Shown: positions 10,733 to 22,428 of the stretch, in pieces
How the letters are laid out: each line of letters opens with the position of its first letter
Numbering within the stretch: the stretch's first letter is position 1
Assembly: GCA_001275005.1 (NCBI GenBank)
Contig: JWZX01003373.1
Span: 1-64,000 of the forward strand
DNA: 64,000 nt
Origin: Chrysochromulina tobinii
Taxonomy: Eukaryota
Direction of reading: 5' to 3'
Translations under genes and position numbers: made by a program
The notes under the pieces: generated by a model
Database searches by the model: none
Told to the model about the DNA's origin: nothing
What the model saw: the letters and a program-made list of their open reading frames with translations, nothing else

Positions 10733-11819
10733 TGTGAACACGGCAGCCAGGCTTGGTATACCTGGATGGTCCCATGGTGCTGGGGTGGTATACCTGCATC
10801 GTGAGGGTTGGGCGACCTAGATGTAGGCCCAGCCTGGACGCCGCAACGAGAAGGACCGCAAGCTTCATCCACTTGGGGATCGCCTCTGTACTGCCGCCGA
10901 CGTTCGTTTCGAGCCTGCAGCCTTGACGAACGATCGTACCGCGTGCGCAGTGCGTGTAACCTCGCTGCCGCATAGCCGCGCATGGCAGGTGAGGTTGAGG
11001 CCGGACGGGAAAGGCATGAGGGAAAAGGCCCGAAGGGGAGCTGCGATGGGCCTGACTGTCGAGCCTAGACATCGCTACTCGGTAGCTACCGGAACCGCAC
11101 ACCGCTCCGCCGGGATCCGCGGGGAGGGTCCGCGACGGGACGCGCGCGGGCGCCGGATACACGTGGTGAAGGCCCGTGTAGTCGAACCGACAACGGTAAG
11201 TAATGCTTAATACCATGCTCCGAACCGACGCGTTTTGGGAACCGGATCGTCTCGTTTGCGTTCCCGTTCGTCCAAACGAATCGAATCAAATGGGTAACGG
11301 GCACGGGGCGGTCACGCGCTCAGTCTGGGCCGCTCTGACGGGGTCCGGAGAGTCGTGGAGTGTCGGAGAGTCGAGAGTCGCCAGTCCGCAGTCGGAGAGT
11401 CCAGTCATTCTCGAGTTTGCAGTTTCGTTTTATTCGTAACTTTGGTTATTGTTCGTCGAGGATTGGCCGGCGTGCACCGGTCACCGTTGAGGCGTTACGT
11501 TCTTGCCGGTGTTCCCCGCCGCGCGCCGGCACGCCATCGTAGCTGTCACTAGAGTCTAGCATCGATGACGTCGTCGCCGGTCGCGCTTCCACGGACCGTT
11601 CACCTCGCGCTTTATGACTACAAAAAGAAATGCTCCACTATCGCGACTCCACTATCTTCCAAAGTGCAAAGATACCGAGGTGTTCCGGTCCACCCGAGGT
11701 GTTGCACGGCGAAACCACGCGACTTCGCGACTCGTGAGTCGGCCGCGGGCCGCATGCGGACATGCGGGGGCCACCACTATGACTATCGCCTCTGCCAAGT
11801 TACACGTCGCCCGGCAAAC

Positions 11820-14357
11820 TCATCCGATATCCATGGGAACAATGGCTGGCTGGGTTGCTGTCGCAGGGGCGGTAAGGCCGTAGTAAGATGGATCCTGCCG
11901 CATATCGATCCCCGCAGTCGAGACACGCTCGACGTACACACTCGATCGGAAGAGCTCCGCCTCGCTCAGCGAGACGTTCTTGTGTGCTGGCGCGGGTTGC
12001 GCCATTTCTCTGAGAAATTGGCGTGCTGACGCCATCGCGACGTCCGTCGAAAGATTCGAGAGAGCATCGGTCATGAATTGCTGAATCCACATGGGCAGCT
12101 TGGAGCGCTTGTCGTGCTTTGAGTAGCGACTGTCGGCGAAGACGACTATGCCATAGTCGCTCTTGCCGCGAATGACCCGGCCTGCACACTGCGCTGCCTG
12201 ACGGATAGCATCGAACGTGAGAAAGTCGGCCTCGTTGATGCCGCATGTGTCGCGCAGATACTCGAGTCGTGCGCGCAGCACACGTCCGAGCGTGTACTGG
12301 AACGGCACGCCCAGAAGCAGCACCGCTCGTCCGTAGTGCCGGTCAAAATCGACGCCCTCGGCCACTTTGCCGCGCGCCACGGAAAGGAACACCGCCCCGC
12401 GACCGCAATCGCACGCCTTCTTGAAGTTCTCGAGCGCCAGGGTGGTCTCAAGGACGTCGGTCGTCTCGATAAAGACCAGCTTATGCTGAAGCACGGTCTT
12501 GAGCAGGCCCGTGGAGTGCCACTCGCGCACGACTTCTTGCATGTAGGAGTAGGATGTGAAGAACGCGACGATCCCGTCGGGCACGACGCGCGCGCACTCG
12601 AGCAGGAGCGCGCCGTAGTTGCGAATCGTCGACTTATCGGACCGGGTGTCGAATTTGGAGGAGAGGAGCGCTTGGTCTGCGCCGCGCGTGACGACGAGCG
12701 GTCGGATGATGTCACGCGCAAAGGACATTTGGAAGGATTGGACCACCACGGGCTGGACGGAGAGAATCTTCTTGTACATGTCGAGGGGTGAGAGAGTGCC
12801 CGACGTGATCACGACGCTCTGGAAGCGTTCGAAGGCGGGCTTGATTGCGATTGAGGCGTCATTGCAGCACAGCTGAAAGAGCGGATCGCGCAAAGTCGGC
12901 GTGCGCTCGTCGTAGGGCTCGATGATGATGCCAAAGCCCTTCTGGAACGTGGCCACGAGGGTGGCAAAGTCGGCGATCAGCACCAGCGGCGAGAAATCCT
13001 GCACATCGGTGACTTCGAGCGTGCGCAGCAGCGAGCGCAGCCGGTCTGAGACGAATTTCATGGACTTCGAGAAGTCCTCCTCCTCATTGTCCAGCTTGTG
13101 CAGGAAGGCTGTCGGCGACTCCTGCACGACCTCGTTGACCTGCAGTCTCTGCGTCAGGTAGTGCACGAGCTTGCGCAAGTACTTGACGAACATGTCCGCA
13201 CGGCGCAGGTTACCAGGCACGGCCTGTGTCAGAATTTCATCCGGAAGTACCGGATTCGACGCGAGCTCCGCGTTGATAGGCAGCGTGCCTGACTGAGCGA
13301 GGCCGTGCACCAACCGTTCGTACTCCTCTCGCAGCCGCGACGCGTCCGTCTGCTTCATGCGCTCGATCTCCGACGAGATTCGAGTGATGTTCTTCGAAGC
13401 TGCCTCGAGGGTAGGCAAGCGAAAATTGATCGACATCACTTCAATGCAAATGTTGTCGATGTTGTGCGCTTCATCGAAGACGACGACGCACTCACGTTGC
13501 ATCGACTTGGAGACGAGCTGCGAGATCTTGGGATCCAACAGGTACTGGTAGTTGTACACGACGACGTCCGCAAATGCGATCACGTGGCGCGCGAGAAAGT
13601 AGGGGCACCAGCCCTTGCTCTTGCCAAACTCCTTGAGCTCTTCGAGCGTGTATACACCCGCGGCGAGCAGCGCGTCGGTTCCCTGTCGCTCGAGCGCCTC
13701 GAAGTACTCGCAGAGTTCGATGCCCGAGTCGCCGATGGGCGACGACGACGACGCGGCCGCAGCAGAGCATCGCCCCGCATGGCCACTCGTCCCTTCGTCC
13801 TCGCCGCCACCGCTCGACCCCGCCGCACCTGGATGTTCGCCGGCGCTGGAGATGCCGCCCTGTTGGCGGCCACCTGAGGCGCAATACCGGCCATCCGGAC
13901 CCAGGGACCGGACGCCTGCACGTTCTCGCACCCATGGGGCAGTGAGCTGGCGGCATTCCTGGTCGACCTGGGACTTTTCGGTATGCTGAGACACACGTTC
14001 GTGCACGCAAAGGTTACGCCGAGAGCTGAGCCCGACTGCAAGCAGCCTCCGCGGACGTGCAGAACCAAAGCACTCGTCACGGTGCCGCTCAAGAGTCTTT
14101 AGCTCCTCGAGGCATTTCTCCATCTCTGGGATGGTGCGCGTGCAGTAGATGAGCTTGCCCATCTCGGGGTGCGCGCGCTGGTAAGAAGTGATGAGCGAGA
14201 GCAAAGTGATCGTTTTGCCTGTGCCAGTGGGCATCTCCAACATCGAGTGACCCTTGGCATCCAGCGATCGCTTGAGCTCAAGCATGTACTGGTACTGCTC
14301 GGGGTAGATTCTCGGGTAAGGAAACTGCACCTCGAGATCCTCTACCTTGAAGCGCAT
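11820..14357 (-). CDS. ERCC2: TFIIH helicase XPD/Rad3
   Basis: FPYPRIYPEQY, LEMPTGTGKT, four Fe-S cysteines, VVFDEAHNID, SGTLSP, ARGKVAEGVDF and QCAGRVIRGKSDYG. Single 845-aa ORF. Confidence 0.97.
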   Translation of the reverse strand: MRFKVEDLEVQFPYPRIYPEQYQYMLELKRSLDAKGHSMLEMPTGTGKTITLLSLITSYQRAHPEMGKLIYCTRTIPEMEKCLEELKTLERHRDECFGSARPRRLLAVGLSSRRNLCVHERVSQHTEKSQVDQECRQLTAPWVRERAGVRSLGPDGRYCASGGRQQGGISSAGEHPGAAGSSGGGEDEGTSGHAGRCSAAAASSSSPIGDSGIELCEYFEALERQGTDALLAAGVYTLEELKEFGKSKGWCPYFLARHVIAFADVVVYNYQYLLDPKISQLVSKSMQRECVVVFDEAHNIDNICIEVMSINFRLPTLEAASKNITRISSEIERMKQTDASRLREEYERLVHGLAQSGTLPINAELASNPVLPDEILTQAVPGNLRRADMFVKYLRKLVHYLTQRLQVNEVVQESPTAFLHKLDNEEEDFSKSMKFVSDRLRSLLRTLEVTDVQDFSPLVLIADFATLVATFQKGFGIIIEPYDERTPTLRDPLFQLCCNDASIAIKPAFERFQSVVITSGTLSPLDMYKKILSVQPVVVQSFQMSFARDIIRPLVVTRGADQALLSSKFDTRSDKSTIRNYGALLLECARVVPDGIVAFFTSYSYMQEVVREWHSTGLLKTVLQHKLVFIETTDVLETTLALENFKKACDCGRGAVFLSVARGKVAEGVDFDRHYGRAVLLLGVPFQYTLGRVLRARLEYLRDTCGINEADFLTFDAIRQAAQCAGRVIRGKSDYGIVVFADSRYSKHDKRSKLPMWIQQFMTDALSNLSTDVAMASARQFLREMAQPAPAHKNVSLSEAELFRSSVYVERVSTAGIDMRQDPSYYGLTAPATATQPAIVPMDIG

Positions 14358-14676
14358 TCCGCGTGAGGAAGACGCTGGGAGGCCGGGCCGGCGTCGCAGA
14401 GCACGCGTTCTTCGTCAACGCGTTGGGTCCGTCGAAACTTGCTTGATTTGGCACAAAATTCCCTACAATGGAAGTGCCGTGAGTTGTGTTACATTCCTGC
14501 TTGCCTCATCAGCAAAGCTCTCTGCAATTGCTATGAGCTTTGGTTGCATGCATTTCTTTCTTTCGAGAAGAGAGGGGGGCTTCACGCCGTCACTGTGGTG
14601 TTTTGAGGTCCAGCAGACCAGTTAGCAGACCAGCACATAGATACGAGGCCAATCCGACGGACGAGTCGGACCTACA

Positions 14677-15854
14677 ATGACGAGCTTCTCCGTCATGAAC
14701 TGCCGGACGATTGAGCGCATGGACGGCGCGAGAATCGCTGGCACGCTCTGTATCGACTCGAACCACAATCCTGAGTTTGTAGCGGGACCCCACAACTACG
14801 GGCACTGGCTGCTGGCTTTCGTGTATCCTCTCTTTAACGGTACATCGAAGCTTCTCGCTAGCGGGCAGCCGATCGATGTCCTGCTCTCGCATGGTCATTC
14901 ATGGGGCAGCAGATACATGCACACCTTCCATCACAAGATCGAGGAGATATTTCATGCTCGCTGCGAGAAGAATGCAAAGTTCACCTCAGCATCATGGCCC
15001 CCGCTCCGGAGCAACGCAGGCGTCGACGCAGACGCTCATCCAGGGCGTGCACTGTGTGACGAAGTGGTGAGAGTATCGGTGCCCTTTGGGACTATGCAAC
15101 TTGACGCGGGATACTTTCGGCATGCCCACACTGTGCGTGCACGAGTCCTTGATCGCCTTCATCTTGGAATGGTCCCGCGGTCACGAGGGATGGCCTCATA
15201 TTTGGCCACGCTGCCGCCCACGACCATGCCGCGCATCGTAGTCATCCTCCGCAACACCAGCGCTCGAACGGTGGTAGGGCTGGACAAGGCCTGCACCGAG
15301 CCTCTTCGTGTATGGGCGATGCAGAGGCTGCGTGTGAATGTCGAGTGCGTGAGCTTCACGAAGAATAGCACACTCGCTCAGCAGGCAGCGGTCGTGGGGT
15401 CGCCTACAATCGGTCTTCTCGGAGTGCATGGAGCGGCCATGTCTAACGTCTTCTTCACTCCTACAGGCGCGACGTTTGCTGAGCTGCACCCGGCCATCGA
15501 CCGATCGACGCTCGTCTCGCGGTCCGGGGCATTCATCTTCATCTGGCGCACGCCTTGGGAATAGCGGCACTGCCCGTCTGGCTGGATCAGAGCGGTGCAC
15601 GCTTGTTTCCAAGCAACCCCATCGAGGTCCGAAGGAACAATCGCACACGCCATCTGATCAAGGGTCAGTACACGGCAAGCATGAAAATCAAACCAGATGT
15701 GCTTGTTGACCTGATCAGAGGCATTGCGCAAAGGGGCCTCCAATCTACAAGTGGTGGTCACGTTGGTCGATCGTGGTCAGGAGAAGCTTGGAGAGACATC
15801 GTCAACCATAGCCATCGGTCCTTTCGCAGGCCAGTGGATTTGCTTTGGTTATGA
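14677..15854 (+). CDS. Glycosyltransferase family 61 (DUF563)-like protein, frameshift near 15525-15530
   Basis: HNYGHWLLAFVYPLF and LLGVHGAAMSNVFFTPTGATFAELHP. The expected C-terminal segment (HLAHALGIAALPV...IKPDVLVDLI) lies in the 15555..15854 frame. The 3' end is uncertain. Confidence 0.7.
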
Positions 15855-16160
15855 AGTTGGAGATGCAATGAAGATGACCAGCGCAACTAGATCCGTGCAC
15901 CGCGTGTGGCCGCGTTCGTGCATAAATCGTGCACGCACGAACATGCTAGAGCATGCACAACATGATGCACAATCAGCACAAGGAAGTGTGGACCACCTGT
16001 TCCCCTTTTGCTACAGTGTAGACTTACAGAAGCCTGACAGTTGGCTTTTTCGCGTTTCCAACTATCGTCATTGTTCGCGCAGGGCGTCGCGGCCAATGCC
16101 CGGCTGGGGGGATCGGCCCTCTTAACAGCCAGTTCACACTCTCAAAACAACTTTCCGAAG

Positions 16161-17399
16161 ATGAATCCTCGATGCGACGGCACGACGTCGGCGTTGCGCC
16201 TCGCCGTGGGCATCATGTCGCGCCCGACAAACACGCCGCAGCGGTTAGCAGTGCGCGATACATGGGCGGCTACGGCAGGGCCAACGGTACTGCACTGCTT
16301 TCTGGTCGGTGCAGTCATCAAGCGCACGCCGCGCTCACCCTGGGACCCACGCCGCGCTGAAGAACGCGCGGAGCCAGACGGCGGACCCAAGGGCGAGATC
16401 CTGCCGAATCCTCACGCCGTCGCGCTCGCTCAGGAGCACTCACGCTTCGGAGACGTGCTCGTTCTTGCAAACAGCGCTGAAATACACGCTGGAGGCACGA
16501 GCGGTCTCAAGACGATCACCTGGTGGCAGCATGTCGCCACCAAGCTGCCGAATGTGGAGTGGGTGGGAAAGTGTGATGACGACACGCTCATCAATGTGCC
16601 GAGACTGCTCAGCCGGCTGCCGTCAGTGGACTCCGCCAGCCCGCGCGCCCTCTTCGGTACGATCAAGTGGGGCTGCTACTCCGACCAGAGGAACAAGTGG
16701 GAACCGTCGTACAAGACGTGGCCGTGTGGGCGCACCGCATTCGCACGGTCGCAGGCGCCGGGCGAGGCAGCCAATCTCAGCTTGACCTACGAGGGACCCT
16801 ACGAACTCGCGCTCGGCTGGCTCTTTGCGATGCCGCGTCGGCTCGCGGTGCTGCTCGCCAAGTGCAAGTACGCCAACTGGTTCCATGAACGCGCGCTGCA
16901 CGCGACGCACGAGCCGTTCTTGCGGAAGGAGGACGACCCGCTCAACGGCTTTTGGCTCTACAAATGCCTTCGCGAGGCGGGGGAGGGACCTGTTGAGCCC
17001 CTGCGCGCGATGCGGGAGGGTGAAGCGCATAACATGGCGTGCATCTCGCCGCATGGCTTGTACCGACGCCCCTCGAACCAATCGATTGCTGTGCACTTTT
17101 TGAAGACAGTCAGCGCGATGCGTTACGTTGCTGCGGTCCTGCGTTCTGCGGCGCGCGGCGCACCACTGCATTCGCGCGAATGCTGTGCGCGTATGGTCTG
17201 GCCGACAGAACGCTTTGTGCATAGCCCATCAGTGTGCAACGAGCTCTTGACATCTGAGGAGCGATCTCTCGAGGAGCAGCTAGACGTTGCTGCGCGCTCT
17301 CATGGTGGAGCTGCACTCGCGGGCAAGGGGCGCGGCGCGAGGAAGCGTGCGAAGAAGGCGTTGGCAATGGCGGAGGCGGCGCGAGCGCAGGTTTCATAA
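16161..17399 (+). CDS. Galactosyltransferase (GT31)-like protein
   Basis: LAVGIMSRP..RLAVRDTW, EHSRFGDVL, LKT..WW, VGKCDDDTLINVPRL (DxD) and EDD motif. Confidence 0.8.
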   Translation: MNPRCDGTTSALRLAVGIMSRPTNTPQRLAVRDTWAATAGPTVLHCFLVGAVIKRTPRSPWDPRRAEERAEPDGGPKGEILPNPHAVALAQEHSRFGDVLVLANSAEIHAGGTSGLKTITWWQHVATKLPNVEWVGKCDDDTLINVPRLLSRLPSVDSASPRALFGTIKWGCYSDQRNKWEPSYKTWPCGRTAFARSQAPGEAANLSLTYEGPYELALGWLFAMPRRLAVLLAKCKYANWFHERALHATHEPFLRKEDDPLNGFWLYKCLREAGEGPVEPLRAMREGEAHNMACISPHGLYRRPSNQSIAVHFLKTVSAMRYVAAVLRSAARGAPLHSRECCARMVWPTERFVHSPSVCNELLTSEERSLEEQLDVAARSHGGAALAGKGRGARKRAKKALAMAEAARAQVS

Positions 17400-18452
17400 G
17401 GCACTAGTTCATCGTAATGGAGAGCTTTCATCTCGCTGGGTGTCGTGCGGCTGTGCGCATCCGCTGCGAGGTGCTCTTCCCGGCTTCCTGCGATGCTGGC
17501 GTGCGTATCGGCGCCCGCTGCTGGAGTGGCGACTGTGGGGTTGCTGTGAATGAGGGGGCGAGCTGCTCAAGGGCGACACAATGGAAGGCCTTCACGAGCG
17601 GCTGGAAGCTGCGGTGAGAACACCGAGAGCCCGGCACCGTCGGATCGCGCGTGGGTCGCGCCACGCACGTCCCGATGTCGGCCCACAGAAACCATTTCAC
17701 GCTGCTGGCGCCGACTGCAGAGCGACACTGTCATTGTGTCACGGTGTCAGCGGCTTGACACGTGCGTCCTGTCAGTATGCCGACAGGATGGAGGGATCGG
17801 ATGCCGGGACGGCGGCCGCGCTCTACACGCGCACAGGAAGGTGCCGAGGTGCGTCTCGGAGAGACTGAGACTCACAGTCAAAACACAGTCACCACTCCGC
17901 GCAGCGAGGTGGCGATACCGAATCAAGAAAAAAGAGAAACATATAGACCACCCCCACGGCTGGCGGCACGTGACGACCTCAGCTCGCTACGAACGGTACG
18001 ATCGAACGACGAACGACCGATGTCGGTACACCGGAATTCCACACGGTCGCTGCTCTGGGGCTGGGCGACGAAGAAACGCAAGGCGATGCGCGCAATCATC
18101 AGTAGACAGTACCGATTGCCATGGCGTCACTCAGACCGAAACCTGTGGGGGCAAGTCGCACGTCTTGCCACATTGTATCATGCGTCCGGTTGACATTCAG
18201 TTTTCCTGACGGTTTGGGGCTGAAGTCTCGTCGTGCACCGTGCTCGCCTAACTTCGTACCGATTTGAATGTGGGCACCGCGCACGCCACGGCGCCCCGCT
18301 GGCGTTGCGCTTGCGGGTCGTAGCGGTCGTGGCTGCGACGCCCGATACCTCCGCACAAGTGCCAGCGTCAATCGCCCCCGCCGCCCGTCGAATTTCGAAG
18401 ATGTGCAACGCGTCAGCCTTTCGGGCAACGGCCCAACGACAGTAGCTGCGTC

Positions 18453-19490
18453 TCAGACGCCAATCTTGCATTCCTTTCCAGGCGTCACCTTGCACTTCAT
18501 GCCCTTATTGCTGCGATACGTCTCTAGCCAGCGAAGTAAATTCTTAGAGACGCATGTCTTGTCCGCGGGAAGCATCGCGTCGCTCAATGTAATATTCTTC
18601 TTGTCACCCGGCCGGCCAGCATCGATCCATTCGTCGAGTAACGCCGCCCACGGCACCCACATTGCAGCGTGAATCTCCTTCTGGTCGACCTCGAAGTGCT
18701 CGCTGGACGCCTTCACTGCGAACACAGAGAAATTGTCATTAATCCTGTCATCACGCGCGCGCGCCATTTGATATCCACCCAGGTAGATGGGCTCAAACGT
18801 GTCGTCGATCGTCACTCCCACCTCCTCGTAAATCTCGCGCTTCAAGCCGTCCACCTTCATCTCACCGGGGTCGACGGCACCGCCAGGTGTGTTCCAACCG
18901 CCACGCTCCCAAACGCAAAGCACTTTGCGCTGGTCGGGTGAAAAGACGACCCCCGTGGCGCCCTCAACGCTCGTGGCATAGGCAGGGACCATCCTGGCAA
19001 GATCTTTCACGTAGACCCATTCGCCATCCGCCTTGCCCGGACGGTAATGGTGGTACGCGAAGCCAAGATCGCGCAACACCTGAAGGTCCACGGCGCCGCC
19101 CGCCGAAAGGCAGGCCTCGCTGATGCTTACGTACAGCGCCGCCTTGCGAGGGGCTGTTTGGGCCTCGATCGCCACCTTCACAACCTTGCGAAGCAGCGAG
19201 ACATCAGGTGCTGGCTGGTGCAGAAAGCCAATGCGAATCCACAGAGCACCGAACGAGGCGCGCTGCAGGATGATGGGGCCCACGCGCAGAAATGCACCTT
19301 GGACCGTTGCACCCGAGTCGAGCTCACCGCTCGTGGGCAGGGCCGGCGCGTAGGGATTTCCCTCGCACTTCAACTGTGCTATGCTTTCTGCGAGAGTCGA
19401 GGGTATCCTTGATTTGAGCCATTTGTGCACGAGGACCGCGGCCACTGCGCCGGTGGCAGCGACTGCCAGTACTGCTTGTTTCGACGACAT
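18453..19490 (-). CDS. Nudix hydrolase (NUDT6/plant NUDT2-like) with N-terminal hydrophobic anchor
   Basis: Nudix box GGAVDPGEMKVDGLKREIYEEVGV, preceded by LGFAYHH and VPAYAT..GATGVV. Confidence 0.85.
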   Translation of the reverse strand: MSSKQAVLAVAATGAVAAVLVHKWLKSRIPSTLAESIAQLKCEGNPYAPALPTSGELDSGATVQGAFLRVGPIILQRASFGALWIRIGFLHQPAPDVSLLRKVVKVAIEAQTAPRKAALYVSISEACLSAGGAVDLQVLRDLGFAYHHYRPGKADGEWVYVKDLARMVPAYATSVEGATGVVFSPDQRKVLCVWERGGWNTPGGAVDPGEMKVDGLKREIYEEVGVTIDDTFEPIYLGGYQMARARDDRINDNFSVFAVKASSEHFEVDQKEIHAAMWVPWAALLDEWIDAGRPGDKKNITLSDAMLPADKTCVSKNLLRWLETYRSNKGMKCKVTPGKECKIGV

Positions 19491-19851
19491 GAAATTTCAC
19501 TGGTCGCGCGCCCTCGGCTTCTTCCGGCAAGGGCGAGGACCAGACTGGGAATGCTGCCTGTGCTGGGAGCTCAACCAACGGCTACCGGTACTACGACACA
19601 ACTTTGCCCAGCATGGCGCTTTTAGGGGAACGCGGCTCGCAAGAAGCAAGTAAGCAAGGTTGCGCTTGTTTAGGTACTTGTGTTGCTTCGACTAAGCTTA
19701 CTTGCTTGCTTGCGTTAAAAAATGTCAATTTGGCAAAAAGCGCGCCTACGGATGTGACTCAGAAGGACGTTCCGTGTGCCATAATCAATCGAGAGTCATC
19801 TCTGTGCCGCTCATGCAGGGTCATTTCATGGCCCCGGGCGCTTCGGCGAGA

Positions 19852-20765
19852 TCAGTGGGCGCCAGGTGGCGTCAATGAGGCCGGACACGCGACGCCGAAG
19901 AGTTCGGACAGCTTCTTGAGCGTCGTCATTGGGTTGGCATCATCGATCGAATGACCTTTGGTTCGCGGGTGGCTAAAAATCTCGAAGTCGTTGCCGCCCT
20001 CGAATGTCTTGTCACCGAAGAAGTGGATCTCGTCGAAGTCGGCCTCTGGCAGATAGTTGAGGCAAAACTGCAGTTCGCACGAGCAAAGAAGCGCGACGCA
20101 CAGCTCAGCTCTATGACGAGGGAGGGACTACCAAGGCGAAGGTGCGTGCTCTCGGCGAGGCTGAGCGAGCCAACGCGTACACACGCGCGTACCGTCTTGT
20201 CCCAGCCTTGCGGAAAGACATCGAAGGAGATCTGCCCTCCAATAGAGTAAGTCAGATTCAGGTCTTTGAACTCGGTGCGCATCTTGGCCACCATCGTCTC
20301 ACGAATCTTGTTCGCCAGGTCGAACTTCTCAAAGTCGTTTCGTTCTTCCCGGTTGCAGTTGCGTCCGATCGGGGAGATGTTGAGCATGCCCTGCCGAAAC
20401 TCGATAAAGGTCCCACGCTTCACGGGGATGTCCAGTGTCGACAGGTAGGCGAGAACCCAGTTGATGAGCCGCTTGAGACTGTCCTCACCGAGATGCTTCA
20501 CTAGTGACATCTGCCCTATGACTGAACCATCTTTGTGGGCCAGCAGGCCATTCTCAGCGAAACACCAGTCAAAGAGCGCAGGCGAGTCTCCGAGCTGTTC
20601 CTTCTGTTTCGTCAGGTCAGAGCCGCCAACAACTCCGATTGCAATCTTGCTGCGCAGCTCGGCGAGGAACGCAAGCGTCTCAGGCGATACTAACTTCCGG
20701 GGCTCTGTGAGCGTGCCGTCGACGTCGAAGAGCGCCAGGACTCGCGGGTTTTTTCCGCCGTGCAT
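19852..20765 (-). CDS. PMM: Phosphomannomutase (HAD family), 2 exons
   Basis: [45 protein letters not shown] intron 20068-20192 restores FCLNYL...[16 protein letters not shown], with stop at 19852-19854. Confidence 0.95.
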
Positions 20766-20913
20766 CGCGGACGGTGCAAAAGCGTGAGTGTGAACCAGCG
20801 GTTAAAACTCGGGACTCGCTGGAGTGTTTGTCTCATGCGCCTTTCGTAGGTTCATGACAAAGTTTTGTGAAGCGTCGTTCCTTCTTGTCTTGACTTGATT
20901 GCGTTTAGGAATT

Positions 20914-22428
20914 ATGGCGGTGACCGAAGTCGGTCGGGCGATCGTCCTCTATGGCCGCGTCGGGACGTACAAAACGCGGACTGCGACCATGAAGAAGGGC
21001 GTGCCCGGGGACGAGGTGCTGTGGCGTATGTGCGCTGAGTCAATCATGACGCACGTTGTGGAGCCCTGGCGCGCTGTCGGCACGGTGGATGTGTTTGTGC
21101 AGAGCTGGAATCTGGAGTTGGCGGCCAGCATGGACGCGTTCTGGCAGCCACGTGTTGCGAGACATGCAGCGCAGAATGGATCGATGCCTAAGTGCCCGGT
21201 GAGGCTGATGTGTTGCGAGCGCACGATGTGGGCACTGTTGGGCATGAAGAATGCTCTCGACCTGCGTGCGCAGTGGGTGGCGAGTGGTACCAATCAAAGG
21301 GTCGAGCACGCCGCAGTGCTCGTCATGCGCCACGACGTATTGTGGAAGTCGGCGATGCCTGCATTGCGCGCGGACGGCAATGTGCGGCTGTGGCTGCCGT
21401 TTGACTGCGAGAAGGGGCACCGAGCGCCTTCTAGCTGCCGCGACGATGGCGCTCGTGCCGCCGAATTGTACACCAACCCTTTAGGTGTCGCCACGAGCGC
21501 AGCGCCAATCCCAAAGTGCGCCGATGGGCTCAGGGATGAGGCCTGGAGGCTGCACGCCAAGTCAAGCGTCCTCGGCGTGAATTGCAACGCTCGCGACCCG
21601 CGTTCGCGCGACTTCTGCGCAAACTCTGTGAACATCGACTGGTGGTGGGTTGGTGATGCAGCCCTGGCCGATGGCTTTGGAGACACGTTCGATCGGTTCT
21701 CGCACTACTCGAGACTGGCACTGCCCGGGGGATCGAATCGATGCCACTGCTACATTGCGATGCGTGAGCGCACCGGCTGACGCTCGTCTCCCTCGCTGGC
21801 GCAGGTCCGAAACCTCCTCAAGTTCCACAACTCGGCACCGCATCACTACTGGGGGCTCTACTTCTTTCACACGCACAAACTTCGCGACCGGTGCCAGCTT
21901 GGGCATGCAACAATAAGTGGGACCGACTTCACTCTCGGGCGCTTCGAGAAGCCATCTCTTGCAGGGCAAGCCAGTTCGTGTCGCCATGTCGGCTGGCGTC
22001 CGTACTGGCGTCCCTCGAGGAGCCTCGGTCGTCCGGCCCTCCACACCTGCAACGCCTCGGCCATTCCTGGCTATTTCAGCATGTGCCCTGGCGGTCCATA
22101 CGACGTGCAGCGCTCGTGCGAAAGTGGCAACGCGACGGGTAGCACCATCGCGCAACATCTGGGCAGGCCGGGTATGTCCCCCTCGTCCCGTGGGGGGGGA
22201 AGTCGCGAGGGCGTCGTCAGGTCTGGCAACACCACGCGCGAGCGCAGACGCGCTATGCGCGACGATCTTGGCTCGCGCCCGCCCAAGGCTACCAGGGAAA
22301 AGCTGTTTGGCCTAGCGAGTCTACGCGACGACAGTTTGATCAGTGCGGCTGAGTTCGAAGCCCTACGTGCACGGGTCCTGAAGGGCCGCACTTCTGCCGC
22401 GGTCGCCGGCAAGAGCGAAAACAGGTAG
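20914..22428 (+). CDS. Hypothetical, possibly glycosyltransferase-related protein with C-terminal SHOCT domain, 2 exons
   Basis: AIVLYGRVG, VDVFVQSW and VLVMRHD. A GC-AG intron at 21718-21804 joins in frame to an ORF ending 22428. C-terminus EKLFGLASLRDDSLISAAEFEALRARVL is SHOCT-like. Confidence 0.6.

Noticed and set aside
17400..18452. Several 60-220 aa ORFs in the GT31-Nudix spacer, and likewise at 10733-11819 and 36987-37831
   Set aside because: Arg/Ala/Pro-rich translations typical of random GC-rich DNA, with no motifs.
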